DNA of 64,000 nucleotides from Camelus dromedarius (lineage: Eukaryota), in contig NC_087438.1 of NCBI RefSeq assembly GCF_036321535.1, forward strand, positions 5,024,001 to 5,088,000, written 5' to 3'. A program made the position numbers and the translations under genes. Position 1 is the first letter of the stretch, and every line of letters starts with the position of its first letter. Under the pieces are notes generated by a model. The model worked only from the letters and a program-made list of their open reading frames with translations. It did no database searches and was not told the origin of the DNA. Below, one piece after another: positions 23,441-35,920 of the stretch.

Positions 23441-24724
23441 CTCTAAACTTGCAGTTCTATTAGGGCATCTTTTGCCTTCCAAGACAAGAAGATATTTTGA
23501 CCAAATGTTGGACCATTGCGTGACTTGGGTGGCCTTTTTTCAGTCTCTGATAATAGTTTGCTTGCTGCACCTGCCACCGAGCAGCCATCAACGCCATGAA
23601 TTTCAGGTTTTGTTAGGGCAGCGCAGGTACCAATTTTTATATCAGTGAGAGTGTTATAGGTTGTGATGGGTTAATAAACAACCCTCAAATTTGGCTCCCA
23701 CACCAGAGGTTTATTTCTTGCGTACACGTCCTGGCCAGAGCAGACCAGGAGGGAGGTTCTGCTCATCTCAGTTACTTGGAGAGCTGGACTGTAGGAGGAC
23801 CCCTCATGACACGTGCTTTTGTAATCATTGTACCACAGAATGAAACTGCCCCGTGGCCTCACACTGGCATTTACATGCCTCTGCCCAGGGGAGAAACATT
23901 TTACTTCTGTTCACATTTTATCGGCCAAAGCATGGCTCCTTGTAACTTCAAAGGAGGTCAGGAAATGCTCCTGGAAGGAACCCAGAAGAAGGAAATTAGA
24001 GATATTTTGGAAAGTCCCTGACTACCCCACCTTCTTTCTGCTTTCTTTGGGTTTCTTTAGTTCTTTTGCTAATTTCTGAAGTGGGATCCTGAATTTATGA
24101 GTTTTCAGCCTCCTTTTGTAATATCCAGCTTGGCACCAGCAGGGAGCATTGCGATCTGCAGAGGAGTTGCTAGCCAGTTGGGGCTTTCAGGGACATCCAA
24201 GGAGCAGAGCATGTGCACCTGCGGAAGAGCCTGTTCAGGAAGTTCCTGAGAGGCTGTGGCCTTTGTGGGGCATCACAGGGAGATACATAGCGGGGAGCTG
24301 GTCCTGGCTGCTGGGTCAGAGTGCTGTGTGTGGAGCAGCGGGGAGCCAGGGCGGGCTGGGTCTTTCCAGGTGCCTCCAGGTGTGTCTCAACCACATGCAA
24401 GCCCGCAGACGGCCCTTCCTGAGGGCTGCTGGGTTTCCACCTCCCAAATCCTAGGCAAGCACCTGGGGGGGCCAGCTCTCACCTGGGAGTATTCAGAGAA
24501 GGGGATCCTGGTGAGGACCTGCCCCCCTTTCACTCCCCAATTCTGGCACAAATTCCTCTTCTATTCAACTCTAACCAAGAGCCGGAGAGGGAAAGGGGTT
24601 CTAAGAAATGTGACTCCCAGTGAAACCAAATTGACAAGAGAACAATTCAGCTCAACTAGTGAAAAGCCCAGGTTCCCTCTGGGCATCACTTTTACTGTAC
24701 AACACAAGTGTGCTCATGGGAAGG

Positions 24725-25275
24725 CTTCCAGACTTTCTCAGAATTACTTTGCATTTTACATTGAGATCTGTGATGCATTTTGAGTTGATTTTTGTGAACG
24801 ATGTTAAGTATGCATCTAGGTTCATATTTTGCATGTGGATATCTGTGTCTTTGTTCTGTCCTTTCTGCATGGAGTTGTCTTTGCTCCTTTGTCAAGTAGC
24901 AGCTGACTCCAGTAGCGGGGGTCTGTGCATCCCACTGATCTGTTTGTCTCTGCCCCTGTAACCCCGCCCCACCTTGACAACTGGAGCTTTGCACTGAGTC
25001 TTGAAGTCGGGTAGTGTCGGCCCTGCAACTCTGTTCTTCCCCTTCATTGTGTTGGCTGTTCTGGGACTTCTGCCTCTGCACGTAAGCTTCAGAATCAGTG
25101 TGTTGGTATCTATAAAATTAACTTGCTGTGATTTCAACTGGGACTGCATCGACTCTATAGATTAATTGAAAGAGAACTGACATCTTGACAATATTGTCTT
25201 CCTGTTTATGTACATGGGCTATCTCTCCATTAATTGAGATCATCTTGGATTTATTTCATCAGGGTTTTATAGAAT
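24725..25275 (-). mobile_element. L1 ORF2 fragment
   Basis: Minus-strand peptides LDAYLTSFTKINSKCITDLNVK and GPTLPDFK resemble L1 ORF2p. Confidence 0.8.
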
Positions 25276-26949
25276 ATTTTATTTAGGGTTTTTTTATTCC
25301 TTTCGCACCTTATGGTAAAATGGAGTATGCCCATATATGTGGAAATGAATAAAAAATACATTTTCTATTATGTATCACGTACACACACTAGCACAAATGA
25401 ATTAAAATACGTGTCTGTACATATACATCTACAGTCAAATGTATCAGCTAAAGGCTGATTTCTTTTTGCCCAGTGACAACCCTTCAAAAGAATTTGTGGT
25501 GATAAAGTATATAATTGTTTAGAATTCAAAGTAGACGTCATTTCAATGAATAATAGTCAGGCTAGACTTGGTGGAAAAGTAATGAGATTTAAGGAAAGAG
25601 GGAGCGATGGTCATCACGATAATCATGTCTGTCATTTATGCTGTGCCGGGATGCTCTCAGCCCCACCAGCCACACGGCGTCTGTGCTGCTGCTGATGTGA
25701 GGAAACGGGCTTAGGGGGGCCCAGGGCTCACCCCGAGTCACAGCACGTGATGGAAATGGATTTCTGCCTTCAATCTGTCGGACTTCAAAGCACTTCACTA
25801 AAATACTCTTTTTATAGAAAAGAAGTTGTTTTTTTTTTTTTTTTGCATTAGTCTGTCCTTTACCATCTAAAAGAAAAATAGTACTGTTTAACAAAAAATG
25901 GCAAATGCACGTGGAAAAGAATGAAAGTAGAGATAATCTCTGGCTCTGGGAAAAGCCTACAAGAAACAAAGCAGTTGTCACAGAATAAATAAAAGCGATG
26001 GGTGTTTAATAGGCCTGGCAATTAGAAGCCATCGCAAATTACTTGAAAATGCATTGACAAGGAGAGGATGAAACATTCCAGGAGGGGGACAGGAAGCCAT
26101 TATCATTACAGTGATAATGCTCTGCTCCTGAGCTCCCCTTTAAAGGCATTTTGGTACATTTTATTTAGTTTGCATTGTATGGTAATTTTTTAAACCTTTT
26201 AAAAGATGTGTTTTAAGGGCATTTTAGTACATTTTAGTACTAATAAAGGCATTTTAGTACATTTCAATTAGTTTGCTTAATATGGTAATTTTTTTCCTCC
26301 CATGAAGGGAGGAGGGGTTGGGATACATAAACATTTAATTTAGGTTGATGATGTTTCACTGTTTTAGTTCACTTTATTTTCAGCTACTCTACTTGCTTGA
26401 AACCCATCTAGCTCCTGAGACAGCAGCCCCACGGGGTGAGCCGTTGTGGCTTCATTCAACTTCCTGTCCACTGGGACCGGAGTGATGGAGGAGGAGACCT
26501 TGTAATTCAAGGGCTGAGGGCCTTCTGCTGTTTCAGTTACTGAGCCTTAAGAAAAACACATGATGCAGACACGGGGCTAAGAAAGAATGCAGTTTATAAG
26601 CTTATACAATCTTTTATGAATACTCTACTGTTTTTTCCTTGACACCCTTATAAAAGATTCTGTGTAGTGGAGGCATCCATATGAAAAGCTGTTGGGAGTT
26701 AGGAGTTCAAAAGGCAGAGGCAGAATAAATGATTGGCTGTTCTTTTTCTAGAAGAGCCCCCACTTCTTCCGGGGGCTCAGGCTTTGCAGTGGTCAGGGCT
26801 ACTAGCCTCATGAGCCGTGGCTGGCTGTCTTCAGCTGTTGGCCACCTGGGAACCTGGCCCCTCCACCCAGGTGGGGAGACATGCTTGAAGCTGGAGGTTG
26901 TCCTCTGGTGTGTGGGCTGGACCTGGGGTTGTCCCGTCCGGTGAGCAGG

Positions 26950-27197
26950 CCAGGACGCCAGCCCCCTAAGGTCACGTTAGGGCTGAGGGGCCTTTGTCTG
27001 CCCCTTCCTCCCTAAAAGTATATTCACGATTATAGTTTACACTGTGTTAGCATGAAGATGCCTGTAACCTTTGAGTCTAAAAGCTTGGGTTTTTGTTGTT
27101 CTGATTTTGAAAGAGATGAAAACACTTTTGTGGGCCCCTAAAAATAGTGTGGGACTCAGGCACGGTGTCCACTGTGCCTAGTGGGAAGGTCACCCTG
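26950..27197 (-). mobile_element. ORSL-like hAT-Tip100 DNA transposon
   Basis: gccccttcctcc...ttctgattttgaaagagatgaaaacacttttgtgggcccctaaaaatagtgtggg...ctgtgcctagtggg...ccctg matches the reverse ORSL consensus as recalled. Confidence 0.65.
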
Positions 27198-28049
27198 CAG
27201 CCCGACCAGGCACTTCTCAGTGATCGAGACTGTGATATAAAAAAAAAAAAGTGAGAGGCTCCAATATTTAGAACCAAACCCACATAGGGTCTCATTATAG
27301 AACGTGCCCAGCACGGCAGCACATTGGGTCTCTGTCTTGTTGACAGCTGGGCCTTCTAAGGGAGACGTACAGGGAGACCTCCTGCGGGCGGCTTGCTTTC
27401 CCCTTTCCTGGAGGAACTCGCAGGCGCTGTCTTCCGTTCCTTTAGCCACGAGTTTTCACTTGACGGTCAGGCCCATTTTCACACCATTTTCAACCTTTCT
27501 GGGGAAATCAGAGCCAGTGAGGTCAGTGATTGTTTCTCTCCTGTTGGGTTAATGAAATAAGTGAAAAGTCACACTAGGAAGGCAGCTGTCCTGGTTATTT
27601 CCTGGTTAGCTTTCTGTCCGCAGCTCAGTTAAGTTAAGTTCATTTGGGGAGGCTTAAAATAAAATCAGCTTTCAGGGCTCCACGTGTGTAGAGATCGTGG
27701 TCTCAAATTTGACATCTTCAGAAGACACACTGTCGTGTCCCTGCGGACCTTGGTTTGTGGATGTGGAGCCCGTGTGATGGGGAGGGCCGCAGCCTGGGGG
27801 GATCTGGTCCCCTTTTGCAGTGACTGGGACAGGTGTCCGAGGGTCAGAGTGCATCAAGGCACCTCATCCTGGACAGAAATAGCAGTGGACGGGGGGATGA
27901 GGACATCATGTTTGATCCTCTTATCTTCTGGCTGCTCTGAAAACAGACCCTTCCTGTGCTCCGGGACTGGCCCCACGTGGGGTAGCCGCTGTCTCTGCAC
28001 AAGCAGAGGGTGGAGCACGCGGTGTTGGCAGCACCAACTCCCCCATCCG

Positions 28050-28240
28050 ATCGGATCCTGGGCTGGAGTCCTGGTCCTCTTCCCATCAGCTCCACAACCT
28101 CAGGAACTCCTTTCCATTCCCCGTGCCTCTGTTTTCTCACCTGTAGAGTAGTGTGAACACTGGTAACCCCCGCAGGGTTGTTGTAAGTGTTCAAGAGCAT
28201 GATACACTTGAGTGCTCAGCACAAGAATATATATATGGTA
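28050..28240 (+). mobile_element. MIR
   Basis: gtgcctctgttttctcacctgtag...cagggttgttgtaag...agtgctcagcaca. Confidence 0.6.
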
Positions 28241-29415
28241 GTGTTTGCTGTGGTTGGTGCTGCTCTTTTCCCCCAGGTACCACGTGACATAAAATTGTGG
28301 GAGAGAAGGAGGTGAAGGCACTGAGGGTGCCTGGTTTTTCTCCTTGTTATCCTGGGGTCCCTGTGGCTGCTTGGCTGATCTGCTTTGCTCCCCCTCTCCG
28401 TGTGGTTGGTGGCCTGATATATGAATGGGACCATCCCCAGTGTGAACTGGGAGCTGCTCATTGCACAGAGTAAATCCTGTACCATCGAGAAGGTGAGGGC
28501 TCCCCTGGGCTCTGGTATTTGAAAAAGCGGCCCCATAAGTCCCCAGTGTTGCTATAACTTTAAATATTCTAAAACCTCAGTTGAAGTTCTTAGGGTCCCA
28601 GCCAGATGGGTTTTTTGATTGAAACTCCTTTGAATGTTTCACTAACTCAACATATTGGGTGATGATTGAAGATCTGAAACTGGGTTCCATCCCGTAGCAC
28701 ATGATGTTCAGAGCAAGATTTCAGCATCATGTTTGGAGAGGCTGAAGCCTAAAGCCAGGCTTGTGTAATCAGAGGAGGCATGATGTCCATTACATTGTGT
28801 GAAATTGTGCAGAATCGTAATAGTGTGTCTTTTGGGAGGAGTGTGGCTAGACAGAGAGAAATAGAAAAGCAGCGTTAGTGTGCAAATGTGGATTTTAAAA
28901 AAATGCATTAGTAAGAGGCCAGTAATAAATGCCCATTTTCTTTTCACTGCTGGAGCCCAGGAGAGGTGGGAAGGAAACCAGCAAAATGGCACATTCTTCC
29001 AAGTATCTCCTGCTCCCTCGTCTTCTCTATTTAGTCCTTTCCGACCCCTTTCTATTAACCTATGATCCTGTTAAAACATTAATTGCCATGCATTAAAATG
29101 AAAGCTCCTCACTTTAGTGACTGAGATAGTTTTTAGGTTTTTAAAAATAAAGTATTTTGGATCCATTTGGAAGACTTAATTCTCTAAGTTTGGGCATCTC
29201 TGGTCCTCTGGTTCAGGCGGTGAAGTTGGTTGTCTTGGTTTATCCTTGTATTATGTGCTCTTGTGTCCACTTTTGAATAAAATCCATTTCTCCATTTATC
29301 AGAGAAAATATGGCATAGCTGTTTTTCATAATTTAAATATCCAGTACTGGGCTATTTATATAGAAAAAAATGGTTAATAAGAAACACATTTTCAGAAGTT
29401 CAAACTGTTCTACTT

Positions 29416-30182
29416 TTTTAATTGAAGTATACTTGATTTATAATGTTGTGTTAGTTTCAGGTGTACAGTGAAGTGATTCGGTTATATATATATTCTTTTT
29501 GAGATTCTTTTTCATTATAGGTTATTACAAGATATTGAATATAGTTCCCTGTGCTATACAGTAGGTCCTTGCTATTTATCTATTTTATATGTAGTGGTGT
29601 GTATCTGTTAATCCCAGACTCCTAATTTATCCCTCCCCCATCACTTTCCCCATCGGTAACCATAAGTCTGCTTTCTATGTCTGTGAGTCTATTTCTGTCT
29701 TGTAAATAAGTTCATTTATATCATTTTTAGATTCCACATACAAGTGATATAATATGGTATTTGTCCTTCTCTGATTTACTTCGCTAAGATAATCTCTAGG
29801 TCTGCAAATGGCATTATTTCATTTTTTATGGCTGAGTAATACTCCATTGTGAATGGAATATTCTTTATCCAGTCATCTGTTGGTGGACATTTAGGTTGTT
29901 TCCATGTCTTGGTTATTGTAAATAGTGCTGCTATGACCACTGAGGTGCATGTATCTTTTCAAATTAGTGTTTTCTCTGGATATATGCCCAGGAGTGGGAT
30001 TGCTGGATCATATGGTAACTCTATTTTTAGTTTTTAAAGGAATTTCCATACTGTTTTCCACAGTAGCTGCACCAAACTACATTCCCACCAACAGTGTAGG
30101 AGGGTTCCGTTTTCTCCACACCCTTTCCAGCAATGATTATTTGTAGACTTTTTAATGATGGCCATTCTGAGTGGTGTGAGGT
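29416..30182 (-). mobile_element. Antisense L1 3' end (3' UTR and ORF2 C-terminus) just upstream of exon 2
   Basis: Minus-strand peptide [38 protein letters not shown]. Degenerate TSD caaactgttctactt (29401-29415) and cagaatgttctgctt (30183-30197). Confidence 0.92.
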
Positions 30183-30322
30183 CAGAATGTTCTGCTTCTG
30201 AAATAACTTGTAAAACCTGATACATTTTGATGCTGATTAATGTTGATAACATTTTGATAACAAATCATTGGTATCATGGTCTTTCTAAATTATACCTTTG
30301 CAATACTTTTTTCTCTCCTTAG

Positions 30323-30520
30323 GAAGTTGAAGACCATGTGGCATTTTTAATAACAGTTCCAACTGCCCTGGCAATTTTCTTTGCGATATTCATCCTCGTC
30401 TGCATCGAGTCAGTGTTTAAGAAGCTGCTCCGGCTTTTCTCGTTGGTGATATGGATTTGTCTTGTGGCCATGGGGTACTTGTTCATGTGTTTCGGAGGCA
30501 CCGTCTCTCCCTGGGACCAG
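30323..30520 (+). CDS. ADCY2: Adenylate cyclase 2, coding exon 2 (198 nt, 66 codons, TM helices of the first membrane cluster)
   Basis: Polypyrimidine tract and acceptor ttttttctctccttag|GAA. Encodes EVEDHVAFLITVPTALAIFFAIFILVCIESVFKKLLRLFSLVIWICLVAMGYLFMCFGGTVSPWDQ. Donor CAG|gtaagg at 30521. Joins exon 1 in frame. Confidence 0.97.
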
Positions 30521-33254
30521 GTAAGGTGTTCAGATGCTTTTTATGTTTTTTTCTGATTTGCGACATAACTAAGTTCTGTCAACTTGGTCCTAAACTGTAA
30601 AGAGCAGACCTACAGCTGAGAAGAGTCTCGTGTCATAGCCTCTTAGCGGTGCCCCCACGGTGATGCCACTCGGTGCCCGCTTTGACTCGTCAGACCTGCT
30701 GGAAGTCAGGGCGCTGCCAGGCTCACCTCGTCCCTTGTGTCACGGCTCAGTCTGTGTTTCCTCCCGCACCTCGTTTTGGAAGCTCCATTCTCCTCCAGTC
30801 CCTGAGTTTCCCATTATTCTGGAATCCTGCTGGGGTTGGAGCCTGACTTTGTGCCTCTAACTCTCAAAGTCTGGTTGCTCTTGAACTATTTCTTAGATCC
30901 TGGATCTTCCTTCTTCCAGACAGACTTCTGCGATGCTGATTCTGTGTCAGCATGGTTACGTCGTATCGATAGGCAAACCCACGGTTCTTCATGTTGAACC
31001 TGGGGGGGCTCTTGGCTTAGAAAAGGTCTGCATCTGGAGGATGTGAGATCTTTCAGAGAGTGTGGTCTTTCCGAGAGTGTGGCTTTCCCCCTTGCGCTGC
31101 TGCCGCGTGTGCGAATCCTGCTGACTGCTGGGTAAAATGGCGCATTGTCCAGAGCACAGCTCTGGGCTGCAGATAGAGATAAACAAGTTACTAGTTTCAA
31201 GCTTGTAATTGAAGCCCTGAGGTTCCTGGCCATCCAGGGAGACAGTAACCTGAGCACCGAGAAGGCTGGCCCTGGGTTGGCGGGGACTCAGGAACCTGAG
31301 TAGGAGAGGCACAGGGACCTCAGAGGGATGCAGGAGTCATTAGGGGACAAGTACTAGGGAGGGCAAATTATTGTGGAGGCCATGGGAGAAGAGAGATTCG
31401 AGATGGGAAGGCATAAAAGGGTTCGAGTGCCAGGGCAAGGGACAAAGCACTACTGCTGTGCCTGAGCTGGAGAGGGCCCTGGGTGAGCCCAAGGGTGAGG
31501 TTTCCAGCACGTTCTGTCTCGTGACCTCGGCCAAGCCATCATCCTCTTTTGGATCTTGGTTTCTTCTGCAAAGGGAGAGGCTGGACTGAGTGAACTCAGT
31601 TGGTCTCTCTGGCCCTAAAGGATGCTATGTTAGTGGACAGCTCCCTGGAGAGCCCCCAGTGCTCACAGAAGCTCCCCTGGCCCGTCTCCTCCTGAATCCC
31701 CCATTCAGGCCCCTTGTGGGTCTGGGGACGCCATGCTCTGGCCGGCTCCTTCCCTGGCTCTGCGCCCATCTCCCTTCTTCACGTGCCCTGGCCTCACCTG
31801 GCTCCCATGACACACGCGTCCGTGGTCCCTCCACCTTCACGCCAGTGCATGTGGAGCAGAAACAGGAACCTGGTTAAGAGCATCCTTGCTGGTCTGTGAC
31901 ATGGACCCAGGGGTCTCTCCTAGCACCAAGGCCACCTGGTTCTAGTGACGAAGCTTTATAAGCAGCCTCACTATCACCCAGGGCAGGTATCCCTTTCTTG
32001 TTCTTCTGTCTTCCTTTGTCCAGATTCCTCTGAGCTTGCCTTTCCATCCGAATTACAGAATCTGTCCTGTTCGGTAAAAATGCCAGTGTTACCCTCAGTA
32101 ACCTCACTAAGCCCCTTCTCAGAGCATCCTTTCCAGATGGCCAGGCGCTCCACGGGGCGATACCCCACCTTTCTTGTTTTCCTGTAGCACTTACAATGGT
32201 CTGCAGCGCCGCAGAGCGTGTCACGCACCCTTCTCTTTGTCGGTCGGCTGTCTTCCCTGCTGGAATATAACCCCCTTCTGGGCAGGATGTGAGTGCCTCT
32301 CGGTCCACTGCTGCGTCTTCACACCTCCGAGAGTTCTCCACCAGCAGCAGGCACCTGGCGCTCTCACGGGTGGATGGCTGTATTTTTTCATTTCCAGATT
32401 TGTTGTTGAACGTGTGTGTGTGTGTGTGTCCACTTGCTCTATTTTTATCTATCTTTGGGTTTTATAACGTACACTTTGGCTTTATTGCTGCTATCTGCCT
32501 GCTTGTAAAAATCTCTCTCAGCATCTTAAACACATTTATTTCAGAGTTAGTTTACTTCCGTTTTCTCCAGATCGATTTCTCAGGTGCTCTCGGTTGGCTG
32601 CGTGTCTTGGTGTGTGTTATCCGTGTGCACTTTGACACTGTTGTTTCCAGCCTCGTGTTGAATTGGGATTTTTTCACCTCCACCCCTGCATGATAGGTGC
32701 CTTTGTCACGCTGCCAGGGCCCAGAACGAGCTTGTGGGTGGAGCCTCGGCCCTGTTGACCTTGCGGGCGGGGTGGCCAGACCCGCTGGTGACCTGGGCAC
32801 ACTTCCAGGAGCACAGCTGTGTGTGCTTGGTGGTCCGAGAAGCCCACAGCCAGGTTCGGTGGGTGCAGCTATTTTGGGGCACTTTCTAAATTGGGGGCGG
32901 GTGCAGGGTGTCTGCCTCATGCTGTGGGTCTGCTCACACCTCTGGCCGGAAGAGGACCACTTTGGGTCTCATTCCCCCACTGGAGTTTGAAATCCTGCCC
33001 AATGTTCCTGGCTACTCCTGCCCCTCTCAGCAGGTATGGGGACTTCAGAGGAATTTGTTCTGCCATATTAACCAAAAGTTTACTACCTGGTGCCTTTTGG
33101 CATTAACAGTACAGGTGGAGGCCCCTTCATGAATGCTCACCTTCAAGAAGGTGCAGTAGGTTTACTGAGCTCAAGGGAAGGTGCTCAAGGAAAAGCTTCC
33201 ATTAGAAGATGCTTCAGTTAACAGTACTGGCAGAAGATGCACAGATGGGGAAGC

Positions 33255-33818
33255 ATTCCCCACAGGGTCACCCTCACTGCTGACTCCGAGGGCAGGTTTG
33301 GGGTTCCCAGGACCACTGTGAGGTTCAGTAACTTGCTGGAAGGACCCACGGAACTCTTTGAAAGCTGTAAGACTCATGGTTATGGTTTCTTACAAAGCAC
33401 GAATACAGATTAACATCAGCCAAGGGGCGTGTTCACAACAAGTACCCAGTGTGGAACCTCCAGTGTCCCTTCCCGGTGGAGTCACGGCCAGCCCTGCTCT
33501 CCTGGCGCGATGCACCAGGTCCACCGCCTGCCTGGGAAGGTCAGCAGAGCCACCTGTGCCCACAGTGTGGATGGGGACTCAGCCCTGGGCTGCCTGCACG
33601 GCTGACTGTTGGTCCCAGCCTCTCTGTAGACAGAGCTGCTGCTGCGTGGCCCTGAGCACTTTCATAAATCACCTTGCGGCTGTCTGCTGGCCAGAGCCCC
33701 CAGGCAAACAAAGAAAGCCCCAGCAGGCCGGGCTTTCCCGGAGCCCCGAGATCCCCCACCCAGAGCCCCAGGCAAAGGTCAGACCTCGCTTTGGGTAAGG
33801 TGAGTTCATCACCGCACA
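33255..33818. mobile_element. MER21-like LTR
   Basis: ggggttcccaggaccac...aaagctgtaagactcatggttatggttt...atacagattaacatcagccaagg...ggcaaaggtcagacctcgctttgggtaaggt...caca. Confidence 0.7.
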
Positions 33819-34912
33819 GGCGGGTCGAGTGCGGGTCCAGCCATCAACACCTCCAGCGCCCAACGGAGTCTGAGCCGCCAGCTTGGGCCTCGTCCCGACT
33901 CTGCTGCCCTGTTCTGAGTCTTCCACTCACAGCCTTCTGCAGCCCTTGCATGGCTCCCTGGGGTGGGCGCACTGGACCCAGGCTTCCTCGTGCCCAGACC
34001 TCCACACAGGATGGAGAGGTACCTTGCTCACGGCCAAGCTGCTGGAGACTGGAAGAGGAGATTTGAGCCCAGGAGTTCTGATGCCAGAGGCCAGTCTTAT
34101 CCATGAGGCTGGTGGTTCTCAGCTGGGAGTCAGTTCACCCCCAGGGCCTTGTGTCCCTGTCTGGAAGCGTCTTTAATGCCACAGCCTGGCTGGGGTCACC
34201 CAGTGGGCGGACACCATAGAGGCCGCCCTGCATCCTACATGCCCCCTGCAATGCCCAGGCCCACCGCACTACCAAGAGTTCTCCAGGCCTGAGTGTCCAG
34301 AGCGCCGAGTCTGAGAAACTCGGCGTTGCCACGTGCTGCCCCTCCGTGATGCCTTGTAGAGACCCCATTCTTCAGGCCTCCGTGAGTAGGGTCGTGGAGT
34401 TGCCAGGGCCCGACTTGAGTGGCGGTGCCGGTTTTGATGAGGCCAAAAGGAGTGATTTCGGAAAGTACTGGCAGGTTTGGAGATGGGTCATCAGTGTATT
34501 TGGAAGGGTTCCCTGAGGAAATTAGGAAAACAGAAAGAAAAAACTTCAGTGGGCTGGCCCTCCCGGCCTTGACTGCGTGTGCAGACCTCCCGTTGCTGGT
34601 GTTTTAATTCAGCACAAGCGAATGCGGCCTGAAACCCCCTGTCCCCGCCCTGTGCTGCCGGCCTCCCAACCCAGCTGTTGTGTGTCCCACACAGCTGCCT
34701 CCTGGATGGAAAGTATTTAAAAATGATATTCTGTTGACAGTTCCAAACACAGTGGGGTAGGTTGGGCGGTTAAGTGCAGGGTGTTGGGCTCCAGCCGTTA
34801 CTGTAGCAGCGGCTGCATTTTCCACGGAGGCTCGTCCGCCTGCTTCTTGCTCCGACTGATTCGCTCAAACGCCGTCCACTTGTGCTGCGATCTTCCCATT
34901 GGGACCTTCCCA

Positions 34913-35108
34913 AGGTCCTTGTTGTGTATCTGTTTTACATATAGTAATGTGTGTCTGTTAATCCCAAACTCCAGTTATATTCAGTTCCTTATAATAACAT
35001 CTCATGGAAAATAATCTGAAAAAAAATCTGTGTATGTATATGTACCTGTAACTGAATCGCTTTGCTGTGCACCTGAAACATTGTAGATCAACTACATTTC
35101 AATAAAAA
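34913..35108 (+). mobile_element. Tiny L1 3'-UTR insertion with inverted 5' segment
   Basis: 34913-34972 is antisense L1 3' UTR and 34973-35108 is the adjacent sense 3' UTR ending in aataaaaa. Confidence 0.75.
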
Positions 35109-35499
35109 TATAGATACATACTAGATTTTCAACAACAAAGCATTTTTTTGGAGTTCTCCAACATGATGATGCACAATAAATTATGATATTCATTCTAAAA
35201 AAAAAATGACTCAGAGGCAAAGTGAGGGGCTGCATTTTCTTATTTTTCGGAATGGTTTAAAAATGCTTGAACCATTTTGACCTCAGTTAATAGAGAGGAC
35301 ACTAGGCTTTTTGTTTCCTCTACTCTGATAGGTTAAGGAAATGGGATAATTTTTATTTTATTTCTTTTTAAAGAAATTGGTGCCGGTGTGTGGGGCCCGT
35401 CTTCCCTTAGTCTGCACATGCCTGGTGTAGTCACACGACACAGCGTTGATGCCTCTCTGAGAGCCTCTAGAAGGCTGGGACCTCCTGATAGGTGAGTCC

Positions 35500-35839
35500 T
35501 ATGGAAAGAGGCTTGATCGAGGTTGACACTAGTAAGTGTCTTGTAGCGCTGGAGCCAGAAGTCTGGAATCAAGGTGTAGGCACCCCAGGGGAGGAGCCTT
35601 CACTGCCTCTTCCAGCTTCCTGTGGTCCAGTGTCTGCCTCCGTCATCACAGGGCAGTCTTTTTCTGTCTGTCTCTTCTCCTTTTGTAAGGACCCCCATCA
35701 TTCTGGACTTAGGGCACCCTAATATCTCTCCTTGACCACATTTGCAAAGACCCTGCTTCCAGAGGAGGTCGCATTCACAGGTAATAGGGGCTAGGATTTG
35801 AACATATCTTTCAGAGGGAACACAGTTCAACTCATAACA
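35500..35839 (-). mobile_element. MLT1 (A-C-like) solo LTR
   Basis: ccagaagtctggaatcaaggtg...tgcctcttccagcttc...acatttgcaaagaccct...cacagttcaactcataaca. Confidence 0.8.
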
Positions 35840-35920
35840 GATACCATTTCACAGCAAGACACCGTGTTCCCTAAGAGGATGCTCTCCTGTTGCAGGCAGC
35901 CAGTCCCGCCTTGTGGCATA

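Larger units (their letters stand above)
20613..24029 (-). mobile_element. MaLR (MLT1) LTR-internal-LTR relic with nested insertions
   Basis: Similar LTR-type sequence at 20613-20910 and 23638-24029 (aacaaacaactccaaaat vs aataaacaaccctcaaat; ttcatttttcattgacca vs ttcacattttatcggcca) with internal-type sequence between. Confidence 0.6.
10620..30322 (+). other. ADCY2: ADCY2 intron 1 (19,703 nt, GT-AG, phase 0)
   Basis: Canonical donor and acceptor between two exons with contiguous protein sequence. Confidence 0.93.

Noticed and set aside
30319..30501. Antisense 60-aa ORF over exon 2
   Set aside because: Shadow ORF of a real coding exon.
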